DNA of 44,680 nt from Armatimonadota bacterium (GCA_038207085.1 JBBRAE010000024.1:1-44680); one strand, 5' to 3'; counted from the first letter of the stretch, positions 16,531-26,639 are shown. Numbers and translations: made by a program. The notes: generated by a model from the letters alone, not told the origin.

Positions 16531-16866
16531 CTAACCCCCAAAACTCCCCCGCAGCCGCTCAAGCAGCGCGCGAAGCTCAGAAATCGTCTCCTCATCAGCC
16601 GGAAGACACGCGTCTATTCTCTGGTGCAGCCGTTCGGACATCTCCCGGGCGATCTCTGAGCCTTCCGGGAACCCATACGACCCCGCAGAGCCGATCAGGT
16701 TGTGCAACAGCCTGCGCAGTCGCCGCTCGTTTGGCTGGCTCTTGGGGTTGATCGCGAGCGAGTTGATCGCGCTTTCGAGATCGGCGAGCTTCCCCGGAAC
16801 GCTTGCGAGGTAGATCTTTCGCGCCTCGACCAGCCACTCGACGTTCATCAACGGGTCGTCCATCAC
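16531..16866 (-). CDS. Stand-alone Hpt phosphotransfer protein
   Basis: LHNLIGSAGSYGF (H-x-L-x-G-S motif); coupled to kinase stop. Confidence 0.85.
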   Translation of the reverse strand: MMDDPLMNVEWLVEARKIYLASVPGKLADLESAINSLAINPKSQPNERRLRRLLHNLIGSAGSYGFPEGSEIAREMSERLHQRIDACLPADEETISELRALLERLRGSFGG

Positions 16867-18527
16867 GACTTTTCCTCCGGCATCAGCGCGTACTCGCCGG
16901 GGATCGGCAGCAGAAAACTGAACGTAGTCCCCTTGACCTTGTGGCTGCGCGCGCTGATCCGCCCGCCGTGCTGCTCGACGATCGCCCTGCTGATCGCAAG
17001 CCCGAGCCCGCTGCTGTTTTCCTTGTGCGCGGGCTTCAGATCGAGCTGGCAGAACTTTTCAAATACCTGATCGAGCTTGTCGACTGGAATCCCAGGGCCC
17101 TGATCGGTCACCCGCACCCGCACAAACCCCCTGAACCTGTGCGCGCTGACCCTGACGGTCGACCCCGTCGGAGAAAATTTGAGCGCATTCGAGAGCAGGT
17201 TCACAACAACCTGCTCGATCCTGTCCCCGTCGCCGATGATCTTCGGCAGCCGCTCGCTTATATCAGAAGTAACGATGACGCCGCGCTCGCATGCGATCTG
17301 GGTCATCTGGTCTACCGCCCTTTGCACCCGCTCACCGACGGATAAAATATCCATCTCAATCCTAAGGTGCCCGGACTCGATCTTGGCGATATCGAGCATG
17401 TCGTCGACCAGGCGAATCAGTCGGTTGCAGTTGTTCTGCGCCATCGAGACCATCTCGCGGGTCCCGCCTTCGACGTTCCCGACCGCACCCGCAAGCATCA
17501 GCCCGAGCGAACCCTTCAGCACCGTAAGCGGCGTCCGAAGCTCGTGCGCGACCATCGAAACGAACTCATTTTTCGCCTCATCGAGCGCTTCCTGCTTGGT
17601 GATGTCGGTCAGCACACAGGCCGAGCCGACAAACGTGCCACTTGAAAGAAACACGGGGCGAATATTCACCCGCAACACCTTCTTGTTCGGAAGGGTTATC
17701 TTCTGCTCAAGAAACCGTCTGTCCTCGGGGTTCGACTCCGCAAGCTGCTTCATCAATACTGCAATCTCGCTTTGGAACGACACCGGATGCATGTCGACCA
17801 AGGTCTTACCTTCACTTCCCTCAGCCGAGGTCCCCATGATCGTCTCGGCGGCCTCGTTGAACATCACGATGAGGCCATCGGCGTCACAGACTACGACCCC
17901 GTCGCCCAGCTGCGCGAGCACCGCCTCGATCTTCATCTTTTCGGCTTCAAGCGCTGAGTGCGCCGCTCTGTTTCGGGCGTGGAGCTCGGCGTGGGCGACT
18001 GCGACCGCGGCGTGGTTGGCGATCGTCTCAAACACTCTGACGTCCCTGGGACCAAACGAGCCGCCGCGCTTGTTTGCGGCGATCAGCACCCCGATCACTC
18101 CACGGCGCACCCGAAGCGGCACAATCAACAGCGACCGGATACCATACTCCGTGAGAATCTCTCGGGGAAGCCTCGGGTCCTGTTCAGCGTCGTCGATTAC
18201 TACGGGTTTGGCGTTTTGGGTGATAAATCGCGCAAGATTTTTGGAAAGCGGCATCCTCGCGCCGGTCAAGAGGTAGGAAAGCTTACCGAACGTCTCGGTG
18301 TAGTGGAGTTCGCGCGTCTGCCTGTCGACCAGGACTACTGCGGTATGTTCGGCCTTCACCGCACGCGCAGAGCGGGAGGCTATCATCTGCAGCACGCTTG
18401 AAAGCTCGACCTCGTCGATGACGGCTTTGCTCGTTTCCAGCACGTCGTCGACTATTCGCAGCCGTTCAAGCGCCTCAGCGGCGTCGAGCTCGATGGGGTC
18501 GATGATCCGTTTAGAGGTTTTCGACAC
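16863..18527 (-). CDS. Cytoplasmic GAF-PAS sensor histidine kinase (probable GTG start 18527)
   Basis: GAF, PAS, H-box AHELRTPL, N-box NLLSNALKF, DQGPGI, GLGLAI. Confidence 0.93.
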   Translation of the reverse strand: MSKTSKRIIDPIELDAAEALERLRIVDDVLETSKAVIDEVELSSVLQMIASRSARAVKAEHTAVVLVDRQTRELHYTETFGKLSYLLTGARMPLSKNLARFITQNAKPVVIDDAEQDPRLPREILTEYGIRSLLIVPLRVRRGVIGVLIAANKRGGSFGPRDVRVFETIANHAAVAVAHAELHARNRAAHSALEAEKMKIEAVLAQLGDGVVVCDADGLIVMFNEAAETIMGTSAEGSEGKTLVDMHPVSFQSEIAVLMKQLAESNPEDRRFLEQKITLPNKKVLRVNIRPVFLSSGTFVGSACVLTDITKQEALDEAKNEFVSMVAHELRTPLTVLKGSLGLMLAGAVGNVEGGTREMVSMAQNNCNRLIRLVDDMLDIAKIESGHLRIEMDILSVGERVQRAVDQMTQIACERGVIVTSDISERLPKIIGDGDRIEQVVVNLLSNALKFSPTGSTVRVSAHRFRGFVRVRVTDQGPGIPVDKLDQVFEKFCQLDLKPAHKENSSGLGLAISRAIVEQHGGRISARSHKVKGTTFSFLLPIPGEYALMPEEKS

Positions 18528-18906
18528 GTTTTGCTTCCTCGGTGATTTCTTCGAGTTGAGCAGAGAGCGTGAGCGGGTCAAACGGTTTGGCAAGACACGC
18601 GCAAGCTCCCGCACGGATGGCCCGGTCCACTTCCCGCTGATCGGTTTTCGCGGTCAAGAAGACGACTGGAATGCTTTTGAGCGCCGGGTCCTGTTTGATA
18701 AGTCTACAAGCCGCGTAACCGTCCATCCGTGGCATCAACGCGTCGAGCAGGATGATATCGGGCACAAACATCCGAGCCATCTCAAGCCCTTCCACTCCGT
18801 CGCTTGCAAGTATGGTCTCATACCCGCCGACATGACGCAAGCAAAGGCTCAGGATCAGCCTGATCTCCGGCTCATCTTCAATTATAAGAATGCTGCGGCA
18901 GTTCAT
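18511..18906 (-). CDS. Single-domain response regulator (REC)
   Basis: ILIIEDE, PDIILLDALMPRMDG, FLTA, KPF. Confidence 0.92.
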   Translation of the reverse strand: MNCRSILIIEDEPEIRLILSLCLRHVGGYETILASDGVEGLEMARMFVPDIILLDALMPRMDGYAACRLIKQDPALKSIPVVFLTAKTDQREVDRAIRAGACACLAKPFDPLTLSAQLEEITEEAKRVENL

Positions 18907-19190
18907 AGTATCCCCAAGGTAACACACGCTCGTTACTTACGTAAGACGTTACAGTAACTCGCATGTAACACCTTGTGAAAAAAACTCATGAACAGCTTTC
19001 AGCAGCCGTGATCGTGCTGATCGTGCGCGATGTGTATCGCGCACGCAAAGAACAGCAAGGGAGTTAACTCCCGCTCAATCGACTGCAGCCATCCTAACGC
19101 CCCAACCGCCACCCCGCCAGATGAAACCGCCATCATGAGCCCCGTCGAAGGGTAAGCGACCACAATCTCCCAACCCTCGCCAGTCCCAAT

Positions 19191-19901
19191 CTAGCGACTA
19201 TCCCCGCCCCCCGGCATTTTGTATCCCATCCCCGGCACAGTAACAATGTACTCGGGATGCGTGGGGTCTTTTTCGATCTTTTTCCGGAGCCGCCCAATAT
19301 GCACGTCGACGGTTCGAGTATAGATGCCATCGGCCCGGAGGTCCCACACGGAGTCTAGGAGTTGATCTCGGGTAAGCACCTGGTCGGGGTGTTCGGCGAG
19401 TGTCTGGAGCAGACGAAACTCGGTTGCGGTAAGCTGGATGGGGACGCCGGACTTGCGCGTTTCGTAGGCGGACAGGTCGAGCGTAAGCTCTCTTACTTCG
19501 AGCAATTTGCGGCTTCTCTTGCGCTCGGCGTAGACGGTTTCGCGGCGCAGCAGTGTCTCGACCCTCGCGATCAGCTCCGAGACGCGAAACGGCTTGGTGA
19601 CGTAGCTGTCCGCACCGACCCCAAGGCCCAGCACGAAATCCGTCTCCTCGCTTCTCACGGTCAGAAAGATGATGGGGACGACATTGATCCGCCGAATCTC
19701 CTGGCAGACCTCGATCCCGTCCTTGTCAGGAAGTTCGATATCAAGAATAACGATGTCAGGACGTTCCTCCACGCAAAGCTCGATCCCCTGTGCGCCGGTT
19801 GACCCGGTAATCACATCGAACCCGCGGGATTTGAGAGCTCCGCTGACCAGTCTCAGGATATCCTCATCGTCGTCGACTACGAGAACTTTGCCCTTTCGCA
19901 A
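19191..19901 (-). CDS. OmpR/PhoB-family response regulator
   Basis: VLVVDDD, LDIELP, GADSYVTKPF, LTATEFRLL, RTVDVHIGRLRKK; SD AGGAGG. Confidence 0.95.
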   Translation of the reverse strand: MRKGKVLVVDDDEDILRLVSGALKSRGFDVITGSTGAQGIELCVEERPDIVILDIELPDKDGIEVCQEIRRINVVPIIFLTVRSEETDFVLGLGVGADSYVTKPFRVSELIARVETLLRRETVYAERKRSRKLLEVRELTLDLSAYETRKSGVPIQLTATEFRLLQTLAEHPDQVLTRDQLLDSVWDLRADGIYTRTVDVHIGRLRKKIEKDPTHPEYIVTVPGMGYKMPGGGDSR

Positions 19902-20021
19902 CGGTCGGATGCACCTCCTACTATCAGTACACTGCTCTTGTGCCAGTGGCGCTTGCGCCGCGATAGGCCTTTAGGGGACGGCGCAGATATCGCCGTCGAG
20001 GCAGTTTTGTTACATGACTAT

Positions 20022-20036
20022 TCAAGAAGCGTGCCG
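20022..20036 (-). promoter_or_regulatory. Possible sigma54 promoter for the regulator cluster
   Basis: Minus strand CGGCACGCTTCTTGA (GG-N10-GA; -12 box deviates). Confidence 0.4.
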
Positions 20037-20220
20037 AAAACTCCTGCAAACACAGTGACAACGATTAGTAATTTCCTTCGGATGTGCAACTTGGGGCCAT
20101 GCAAAGATTGCCGACAGCAAGGCGCGCCAGCGCCATATTATCGCCAGCCGGAAGATTTGTGAAAGCGGCTCTCGCAAGCCGCACTCCAAATCAAGATTCA
20201 CGGCTACCGACAATTCTCAC

Positions 20221-22695
20221 ATGCACCCCCTGTCGCGTTTCCGTTTGACACGTTCCCCCGCTCGAAGTATAATGCCAATGTCCGAAGGCCAGCAGGCTGC
20301 GGCGATTCACTGCGTTGTACACCCTCTTCTAATGCAAAACACGAACAGTATTGGGATAACGATACCTCTGGATTGCGCCAGACACGTCCGCAGCGTCGGC
20401 CAAAAAGCGCTCGACGCCGGGCGACTATATACGCACGGCTTCGCGGTCCCCTACGGCTTTGTCATCTCATCAGACGCCTACCACGCACACCTCTGGGCGA
20501 CGGGCGCAAGGCCCCTTGCACGAGAGTCCACCGAACCCGATTTCGAGTCGATCCAGGACGCGATTCTCTCTGCGGCAATACCCAAAGACGTATGGCGCGC
20601 GATCGAGTCCGCCTATGACCGTCTTGGAGACAACGCGACCGTCGCCGTCCGCCACTCCGCGACCGATGAGCGCGTGGCAGGCTCGACCTATTCGACCCTA
20701 CTTGGGGTGCGCGGCGCGCGCGACCTCGTTACGGCGATAAAGCAGGTCTGGGCGTCGCTTTGGAACGAAGACGCCGTCGAGCTGCGAAGCCTCACAGGCG
20801 AAAGCTTCGAGCCGGCGATGGCCATATTTGTCCAGATCATGGTCGACTCAGTCGTCTCCGGCGTCGCTTCAAGCGTCAACCCAGAGACTGGAGACCCAAC
20901 CGAGATCGCGATCCGCTCCATGTGGGGCGTCTACTCCGTGGCAAGCGACGCCGACGAGTTCACAGTCGACCTTGAGCACTTTCGCCTCAGCAGGGCGACA
21001 ACCGCCCACAAAGAGACACTCACGCTCCTTGGCGCTGAAGGCATAGAAATCGGCCCCGCGCCCGCAGAGCTGGTCGCAGCCCCGTCGCTTTCCCACGCAG
21101 AGATGGTCGAGCTCGCCGAAACCGCGCTCTGGGTCGAGTCCGCGCTTGGCGGTAGGGTATCGATCAACTGGGCAAACGACGGCAAGCGCTTCCTGATCCT
21201 TGGCGCAAAGCCCGCCGACTCACCCGAGTTCTTCCCAGCTGAGAGCACGGGGCGAGTCATGCGATCGGTCTCAAACGAGCCGATTTCCCCGTTCGCACAG
21301 AGCCTGATCCAGTCGGCCCCGAATACCTCCATAAAGCTTACAAACGCCCGGGCATACCTTCCCGCGCGGGACAAGACCGGCTCCGTCGCCGCAAGCGCCC
21401 GCGCTGCGACAAGAGCGATTAAACACTATCACGAGTTCGCTTCGGCCGCCCAGCAAATATCGCGCGCAGCCAGGCCCAACCTCGCCACCGCACACGCTCT
21501 CTCGACCGCCGACCTGGTCGCCCGCATCGCGGCATGTGCCCGCGCAGCCGAGGAGTCATTGGGCTGGATGAGCGAGATCATCGCCGAGGGCTCGAAGTTC
21601 AAGTCGGGGCTCCGCCACCTGCTCCAGTCGCTCGGTGCCGATCCGAGCCTCCCCGGCAGGCTCCTGGTCGCCTGCGAGCGCGAAAACCTACAGTTTGGGC
21701 AGGCGTTTCAGCGGCTTGCGACCTACGTCTGGCAGTCCCGGGACGACTACGAGTTCGCCCCATCGCCAGAAGATGTGGCAGAAGATCTCGCCCGAGCCTG
21801 GGGATACTCCTTTGCAAGCGCCCGAGACGCGTTTGACCCCGCAGTCTGGCAGAGCTGGGCCGAGAACCCCGAGCAGCCGCTCGCCATCGCCTTTGCGCTC
21901 GCCCGCGGGCCGCTAAACGATATCTACCTCGGCGCGGCGCACTCCGTGTCCTCCGCCGCCCAAGCCGAAGAAGAGGCGCTTGAGCTGATATCCGAGGTTC
22001 GGGGCGCGTGGAAGAAAAAGTCGGTGCGGCGCAGGTTCGACCTAGTGCTCGAGTGCGCGAGGCTGTGGAGAGGCGGCTGGGTGGTGTGGCAGCAGGTTCA
22101 CGCGCTCGCCCTAACCTCGCTTCGAGTGAACACAAATGAGCTTGGCGCGAGGCTCGTGGACTCAGCCGTCCTGAGTGAGCGCTCCGACATATTCTACCTC
22201 ACCGTGGATGAGATATCCCAGGTGCGGTCAAAGATGGAGCAGTCCGAGATTTCATCTCTGCGCCGCTCTGTCGCCGCCCGAAAGCACGAGCTATGGCTGA
22301 TGGGCAGGCTCAATGCTCCAAGGTGGCTGCCGATGGACGCAAAAGCACCGCCGACGCAGCCCCCAACCCACGCGCGCATCATAACAGGGCAACCCGCCTC
22401 AAACGGAAGCGCAGTCGGCCCGGCGCGGCTTGCCCAAACGCTCGACGAAGCGATCAAGCTGCAGCCCGGGGAAATCCTGATCGCCGGGGAGTTCGCCCCG
22501 GCCTGGACTCCGCTTCTATGCCTTGCCGGAGGCCTCGTGCTGACCGGTGACGACACCTTGGGCGCAGCCAAAGCCGCCCGCCACTATGGCATCCCCTGTG
22601 TAACGGGACTTTCGGGTCTGGAGCGCATAATCCGCCCCGGCGCAACTGTCATGGTAGACGGCACAGCAGGCGTAGTGGAGATCGTCCGAAAGTAA
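20221..22695 (+). CDS. PEP-synthase/rifampin-phosphotransferase-like protein (PEP/pyruvate-binding + PEP-utiliser mobile domain), catalytically degenerate; start uncertain (20278 or 20332)
   Basis: VGQKA, VPYGF, VAVRHSA, VWASLWN, MAIFVQIMV, GEILIA..PAWTPL, YGIPCV, VDGTAGVV; phospho-His motif absent. Confidence 0.8.
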   Translation: MHPLSRFRLTRSPARSIMPMSEGQQAAAIHCVVHPLLMQNTNSIGITIPLDCARHVRSVGQKALDAGRLYTHGFAVPYGFVISSDAYHAHLWATGARPLARESTEPDFESIQDAILSAAIPKDVWRAIESAYDRLGDNATVAVRHSATDERVAGSTYSTLLGVRGARDLVTAIKQVWASLWNEDAVELRSLTGESFEPAMAIFVQIMVDSVVSGVASSVNPETGDPTEIAIRSMWGVYSVASDADEFTVDLEHFRLSRATTAHKETLTLLGAEGIEIGPAPAELVAAPSLSHAEMVELAETALWVESALGGRVSINWANDGKRFLILGAKPADSPEFFPAESTGRVMRSVSNEPISPFAQSLIQSAPNTSIKLTNARAYLPARDKTGSVAASARAATRAIKHYHEFASAAQQISRAARPNLATAHALSTADLVARIAACARAAEESLGWMSEIIAEGSKFKSGLRHLLQSLGADPSLPGRLLVACERENLQFGQAFQRLATYVWQSRDDYEFAPSPEDVAEDLARAWGYSFASARDAFDPAVWQSWAENPEQPLAIAFALARGPLNDIYLGAAHSVSSAAQAEEEALELISEVRGAWKKKSVRRRFDLVLECARLWRGGWVVWQQVHALALTSLRVNTNELGARLVDSAVLSERSDIFYLTVDEISQVRSKMEQSEISSLRRSVAARKHELWLMGRLNAPRWLPMDAKAPPTQPPTHARIITGQPASNGSAVGPARLAQTLDEAIKLQPGEILIAGEFAPAWTPLLCLAGGLVLTGDDTLGAAKAARHYGIPCVTGLSGLERIIRPGATVMVDGTAGVVEIVRK

Positions 22696-22715
22696 GAGGC
22701 AAGAGCAGGGCGACG

Positions 22716-23957
22716 CTACCCGGCGCTGTCTTTTTGACCGCCACCCAGCCCGTCGTCCACCATTTTGTGTGCCCGCGCAAGCAGCTTTCTCGCCGTATCG
22801 GCCCATTTTGACTCAGGACACTGCGCGAGTAGTTTCTCGATCGGAGGAATCGCCTTTTCGGGCCGACAGAGCTTGTTCAGCTCTACCTGACCTAGTTTCA
22901 GAAGCGCCATCTGCCCCTCCGGCTGGCCCTCTGCGGCAACCGCAAGCCACGCGAACCTGTCCGCTGCCTGCTCCGGCTCCCCAAGTATCTCAAAGAAACA
23001 CGCGGTCTTGAACACGGTATCGCAGCTCAGAGTGACCTCGGGCCAGAGCCCGAGCATCTCGTGAAGCGCGGCAACTGCGTCGCTGTAGGCCCCGAGCTTT
23101 CTGCAAAGATCCGCCGCCGCAAGGAAACTCGCCACCGACCCCTCCTGGTCCCCAAGCAGCGCCCGAATGCGCCCGAGTTCGCTGTAAGCGAACGGGTCCA
23201 GTGGGTCAGCCGCCGCAAGGATTTCAAGCTTGAGTGCGATCTCAGCAAGCGTCCGCTCCCGCAGCCCCTCCGCGTGCCCGGCGCGTTTCCCTCGCCTGCG
23301 CTCACGTCTGACCAAAAACCACGCCCCAGTCATCCCAAAGACAAACCCGCCGACATGCGACCAGTAGCCAACATATCTCAGGTCAAAGTTTCCAAGCGTG
23401 TGGCGAGTGAAACCCGCCATCCCAAGAGCCACCTGGAAAAGAAACCATGCAAGCAGCAGCGTAAGGGCCGGAGCTTCCCTGCCCCGCACGTAGAGCTTTT
23501 CCCTGCTGAACCTGAACGCGTACATCCCGATGACCCCCGAGATCGCCCCAGACGCCCCAACAAGCGGGATGCTGATATCGTTGTGCAAAAACACCCGCAC
23601 CACCGCGACATGCAGCAGGCAGGCGACAAACCCGCTCAAAAGATAAAGCACCAGAAAGGCGATCGGCCCAAGCGCAAGCTCCACTTTTCGTCCAAATATC
23701 CAAAGGAACAGCGTGTTTACGAGCAGGTGCGAGAGCTCAAAGTGGATAAACAGCGAGGTGAAAATGCTGATGAAGTGAAAGTTCTGCGGCACAACTCCAT
23801 ACCAGCTTGCGGTATACTGAGGGTTGCCAGGCATAAGCCCGAGGTACACAAATAAGTTCAGCGCGATCAAACACCAGGTCGCTACGGGAAACGGCCCGAG
23901 CAATCGCGCCCAAACCGATATCCTCGCGGACGAAATACTACCTCTTTGTTCCATCAT
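22716..23957 (-). CDS. Rhomboid intramembrane serine protease with C-terminal TPR-like region (start uncertain)
   Basis: SLFIH..HLLVN..WIFG, GASGAISG, SHVGGFVFG; helical repeats downstream. Confidence 0.88.
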   Translation of the reverse strand: MMEQRGSISSARISVWARLLGPFPVATWCLIALNLFVYLGLMPGNPQYTASWYGVVPQNFHFISIFTSLFIHFELSHLLVNTLFLWIFGRKVELALGPIAFLVLYLLSGFVACLLHVAVVRVFLHNDISIPLVGASGAISGVIGMYAFRFSREKLYVRGREAPALTLLLAWFLFQVALGMAGFTRHTLGNFDLRYVGYWSHVGGFVFGMTGAWFLVRRERRRGKRAGHAEGLRERTLAEIALKLEILAAADPLDPFAYSELGRIRALLGDQEGSVASFLAAADLCRKLGAYSDAVAALHEMLGLWPEVTLSCDTVFKTACFFEILGEPEQAADRFAWLAVAAEGQPEGQMALLKLGQVELNKLCRPEKAIPPIEKLLAQCPESKWADTARKLLARAHKMVDDGLGGGQKDSAG

Positions 23958-24361
23958 AACTATACCCACTAGTGCTGGATTAATTTGAATCTTGAGCCTG
24001 GGTGAATCTTTCATCGAAGCCTCTGCACGCAACAAAAGAGCTTGGGCAAAGAAACGAAAATCATGCTAAGCGTGCACCAGCTTGCCAGAGCCATTATACA
24101 CCTCAGCCCCACCTCGCGCAAACTCGCGCGTCGCATCGGCAGGACTTACCTTTACAGTTTTGTGACTGTAACTACTGGGTAATGTAAATTGAAATGGCTT
24201 ACGTTTTCAGTTGACGCTCTGGGTTATATAAGCTAAGCTTATGAATAGGATTCTGTCTATTGCCCAAGCATTTATGACGCGTGCACATGCTTCGAGGCAA
24301 GAGTAGCGAAAACAGAAGAATCGGGCTACTGCAGCAATAGAGTTGGTGGGGGTATCAAACA

Positions 24362-24700
24362 TTGGAAGTCACGCCGTTTGAGGTGTCAGTCAATTGGGAA
24401 GGCGAAGAACCTATCATCCACATCCGTGGGGAAATAGACTTCGCGACCGCGCCGGCTCTCAACAAGAGTCTGTCGGAGGTAATCGACCGTGGAGCCCGGC
24501 ACCTTACGCTCGACTTTCAGCAAGTGTCATTCCTTGACAGTGAAGGCCTCAAAGTCATCCTGCAGACCTACAGGCACCTAAGGGCCCGTGAGGGGTCTAT
24601 GACTGTAAAAGGATGCAGCCAGTTTGTAGCCCGAACCTTTGAAATCCTCGGCTTCGACAAATACATCGACATGGACCATGACTCCTGCAAGAACAGTTAA
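24362..24700 (+). CDS. STAS-domain anti-sigma factor antagonist
   Basis: GEIDFATAP, LDFQQVSFLDSEGL. Confidence 0.9.
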   Translation: MEVTPFEVSVNWEGEEPIIHIRGEIDFATAPALNKSLSEVIDRGARHLTLDFQQVSFLDSEGLKVILQTYRHLRAREGSMTVKGCSQFVARTFEILGFDKYIDMDHDSCKNS

Positions 24701-24736
24701 CCCTCGGGAGTCACCACAAATGCCGCCGTTAGGAGT

Positions 24737-25891
24737 CTGCCAATCGTACGCACCGGTCTTGATGTCCTGCTTGAGGACCACCCAAAAGAGCTTGTCGGCG
24801 CAAATATCGGTCTAATCACCAACCAAAGCGCCCGCACTCGTACGCTCACCCCGTGCCTCGACGCTTTCCTTGCCGCCGAGTTGCGCGTCAAATCCGTCTT
24901 CGCCCCCGAGCACGGGTTCCTCGCCGATATCGCGGCGGGAGCGGACGTCCCAAGCGCCTCAGACCCCCGCAGCCGGCTCCCGATCCACAGCCTCTACGGC
25001 CCCACCAAAAAGCCGACCGCCGAAATGCTTCGCGGGCTTGACGTCCTGGTCTTTGACATCCAGGACACCGGCGCGCGCTTCTACATGTTTTTGTACACAA
25101 TGGCCCTTGCGATGGAGGCCGCAGCCGAGCACAGTCTGCCGTTTATCGTCCTTGACCGGCCAAACCCGATCGGCGGGGTCAAGATCGAAGGCCCTCTGCT
25201 CCGCCCTGAGTTCGCCTCTTTTGTCGGGATGTATCCGATCCCCATCCGCACCGGGATGACCATAGGGGAGCTTGCCCTGCTCTTTAACGCCGAGTTTGGC
25301 ATCGCCGCCGACCTGCGGGTGATCCCGCTCGACGGCTGGATGCGCTCGATGTGTTGGGACCGGACCGCGCTCAAATGGGTTGCGCCTTCGCCGAACATCC
25401 CAAGCCCCAACACCGCGCTCCTCTACCCCGGCACGTGCCTGCTTGAGGGCACAAACGTCTCCGAAGGGCGAGGAACGAGCGATCCGTTCGGCACCTTGGG
25501 CGCGCCGTGGATCGACCCTGTCAGCCTCGCCGATACTCTGCGTTCAGGCGGGCTCCCAGACGTCAGCTTCGAGCCTGCGCGCTTCACCCCGACCACCTCC
25601 AAGCACTGTGGCGCGACATGCGGCGGGGTTCAAATACTTGTGACCGACCGCGAGACGTACGCTCCGGTGCTCACAGGCCTAAAAATAATCGAGGTAATCC
25701 ACGGACTGTGGCCCAGGGAGTTTGAGTTCACCGCCTCCGCCCCAGGCGACAGGTTCTTCTTCGACCTGCTCGCCGGTGACGACTCCATTCGCCTTGCGAC
25801 TCTTTCCGGCAAGTCCGCCGAAACAATCGCATCCGGCTGGGACACAACAACCTACCAGTCCGTTCGCCTCCAATACCTGCAGTATAACTAG
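24737..25891 (+). CDS. Exo-beta-N-acetylmuramidase NamZ-like (DUF1343); N-terminus extends upstream of the called TTG 24881
   Basis: In-frame VRTGLDVLL..IGLITNQS, then FAPEHG, SLYG, FDIQDTGARFY, LDRPNP, GMTIGELA, WVAPSPN, SEGRGT. Confidence 0.88.
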   Translation: MPIVRTGLDVLLEDHPKELVGANIGLITNQSARTRTLTPCLDAFLAAELRVKSVFAPEHGFLADIAAGADVPSASDPRSRLPIHSLYGPTKKPTAEMLRGLDVLVFDIQDTGARFYMFLYTMALAMEAAAEHSLPFIVLDRPNPIGGVKIEGPLLRPEFASFVGMYPIPIRTGMTIGELALLFNAEFGIAADLRVIPLDGWMRSMCWDRTALKWVAPSPNIPSPNTALLYPGTCLLEGTNVSEGRGTSDPFGTLGAPWIDPVSLADTLRSGGLPDVSFEPARFTPTTSKHCGATCGGVQILVTDRETYAPVLTGLKIIEVIHGLWPREFEFTASAPGDRFFFDLLAGDDSIRLATLSGKSAETIASGWDTTTYQSVRLQYLQYN

Positions 25892-25996
25892 TATTGTAAC
25901 GACGTTGTTGGGTGGCGATTTCCGAATCGCCACATCAAAGCTAAGATGGGATTTCTGAATCCCGAATGGCGTAATGCATGGCAATTGACCCACCAG
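25888..25996. mobile_element. MITE family D, copy 1 (left end degenerate)
   Basis: ~85 nt shared with 26555-26639 in direct orientation. Confidence 0.65.
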
Positions 25997-26117
25997 GACT
26001 CTGACCTATCAGTCAAAATTATTACTCAAATCCACGCGTTTCCCGTGGAACAAATTATTTGGAAATCCAGCCGATGTTCGGCGCAATCTATTTGTCCGAG
26101 GCAGGTATTTTAGCAAA

Positions 26118-26501
26118 ATGGCAAGAAGCAGATACGGATTTACTCTTATAGAGATCATGGTGGTCGTGCTCATCATCGCGATGCTGCTTGGGATCGCTAT
26201 ACCGAACTTCCTGCGAACTCGGGACACTTCCCGCGCCAGGTCGTGTCAGGGAAATCTGCGCATGATCGCTAGCGCCAAGGAGCAGTGGGCCATGGACAAC
26301 CGCAAAAACGGCATAGACGAGCCAACCAAAGAAGAGCTGGTCAACACCTACATCAAAGGCGCCTCAGGCCAGCTTCCTCTGTGTCCGGGAAGCGGCATCT
26401 ACTCCGTAGGCGCGATGTCGAGTTGGCCGGCCTGCACCATTGGCACCAACGACACCACCGAGGAAAACGACGACCACGCCTACTTCGACCGAGGCGGATA
26501 A
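26118..26501 (+). CDS. Type IV pilin/pseudopilin-like protein
   Basis: Prepilin motif G|FTLIEIMVVVLIIAMLLGIAIP; C-terminal CP.SG.Y..C. Confidence 0.9.
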   Translation: MARSRYGFTLIEIMVVVLIIAMLLGIAIPNFLRTRDTSRARSCQGNLRMIASAKEQWAMDNRKNGIDEPTKEELVNTYIKGASGQLPLCPGSGIYSVGAMSSWPACTIGTNDTTEENDDHAYFDRGG

Positions 26502-26517
26502 TCACCTCAGATTTCGA

Positions 26518-26639
26518 CTAGTGGGTCACTTGGCATGAAATCAGCCATTGTTTAGTGGCGATTTCCGAATCGCCACCTCAAAGCTAAGACGGGATTTCCG
26601 AATCCAGAATGGCGTAATGCATGGCAATTGACCCACTAG
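26518..26639. mobile_element. MITE family D, copy 2 (complete, 122 bp)
   Basis: Terminal IRs CTAGTGGGTCACTTGGCATG / CATGGCAATTGACCCACTAG (18/20); internal GCGATTTCCGAATCGC palindrome. Confidence 0.75.

Noticed and set aside
17179..18276. 365-aa plus-strand ORF (also 5990-6844, 34687-35619, 40117-40971)
   Set aside because: Antisense shadows of well-supported genes in GC-rich DNA, with no recognisable motifs.
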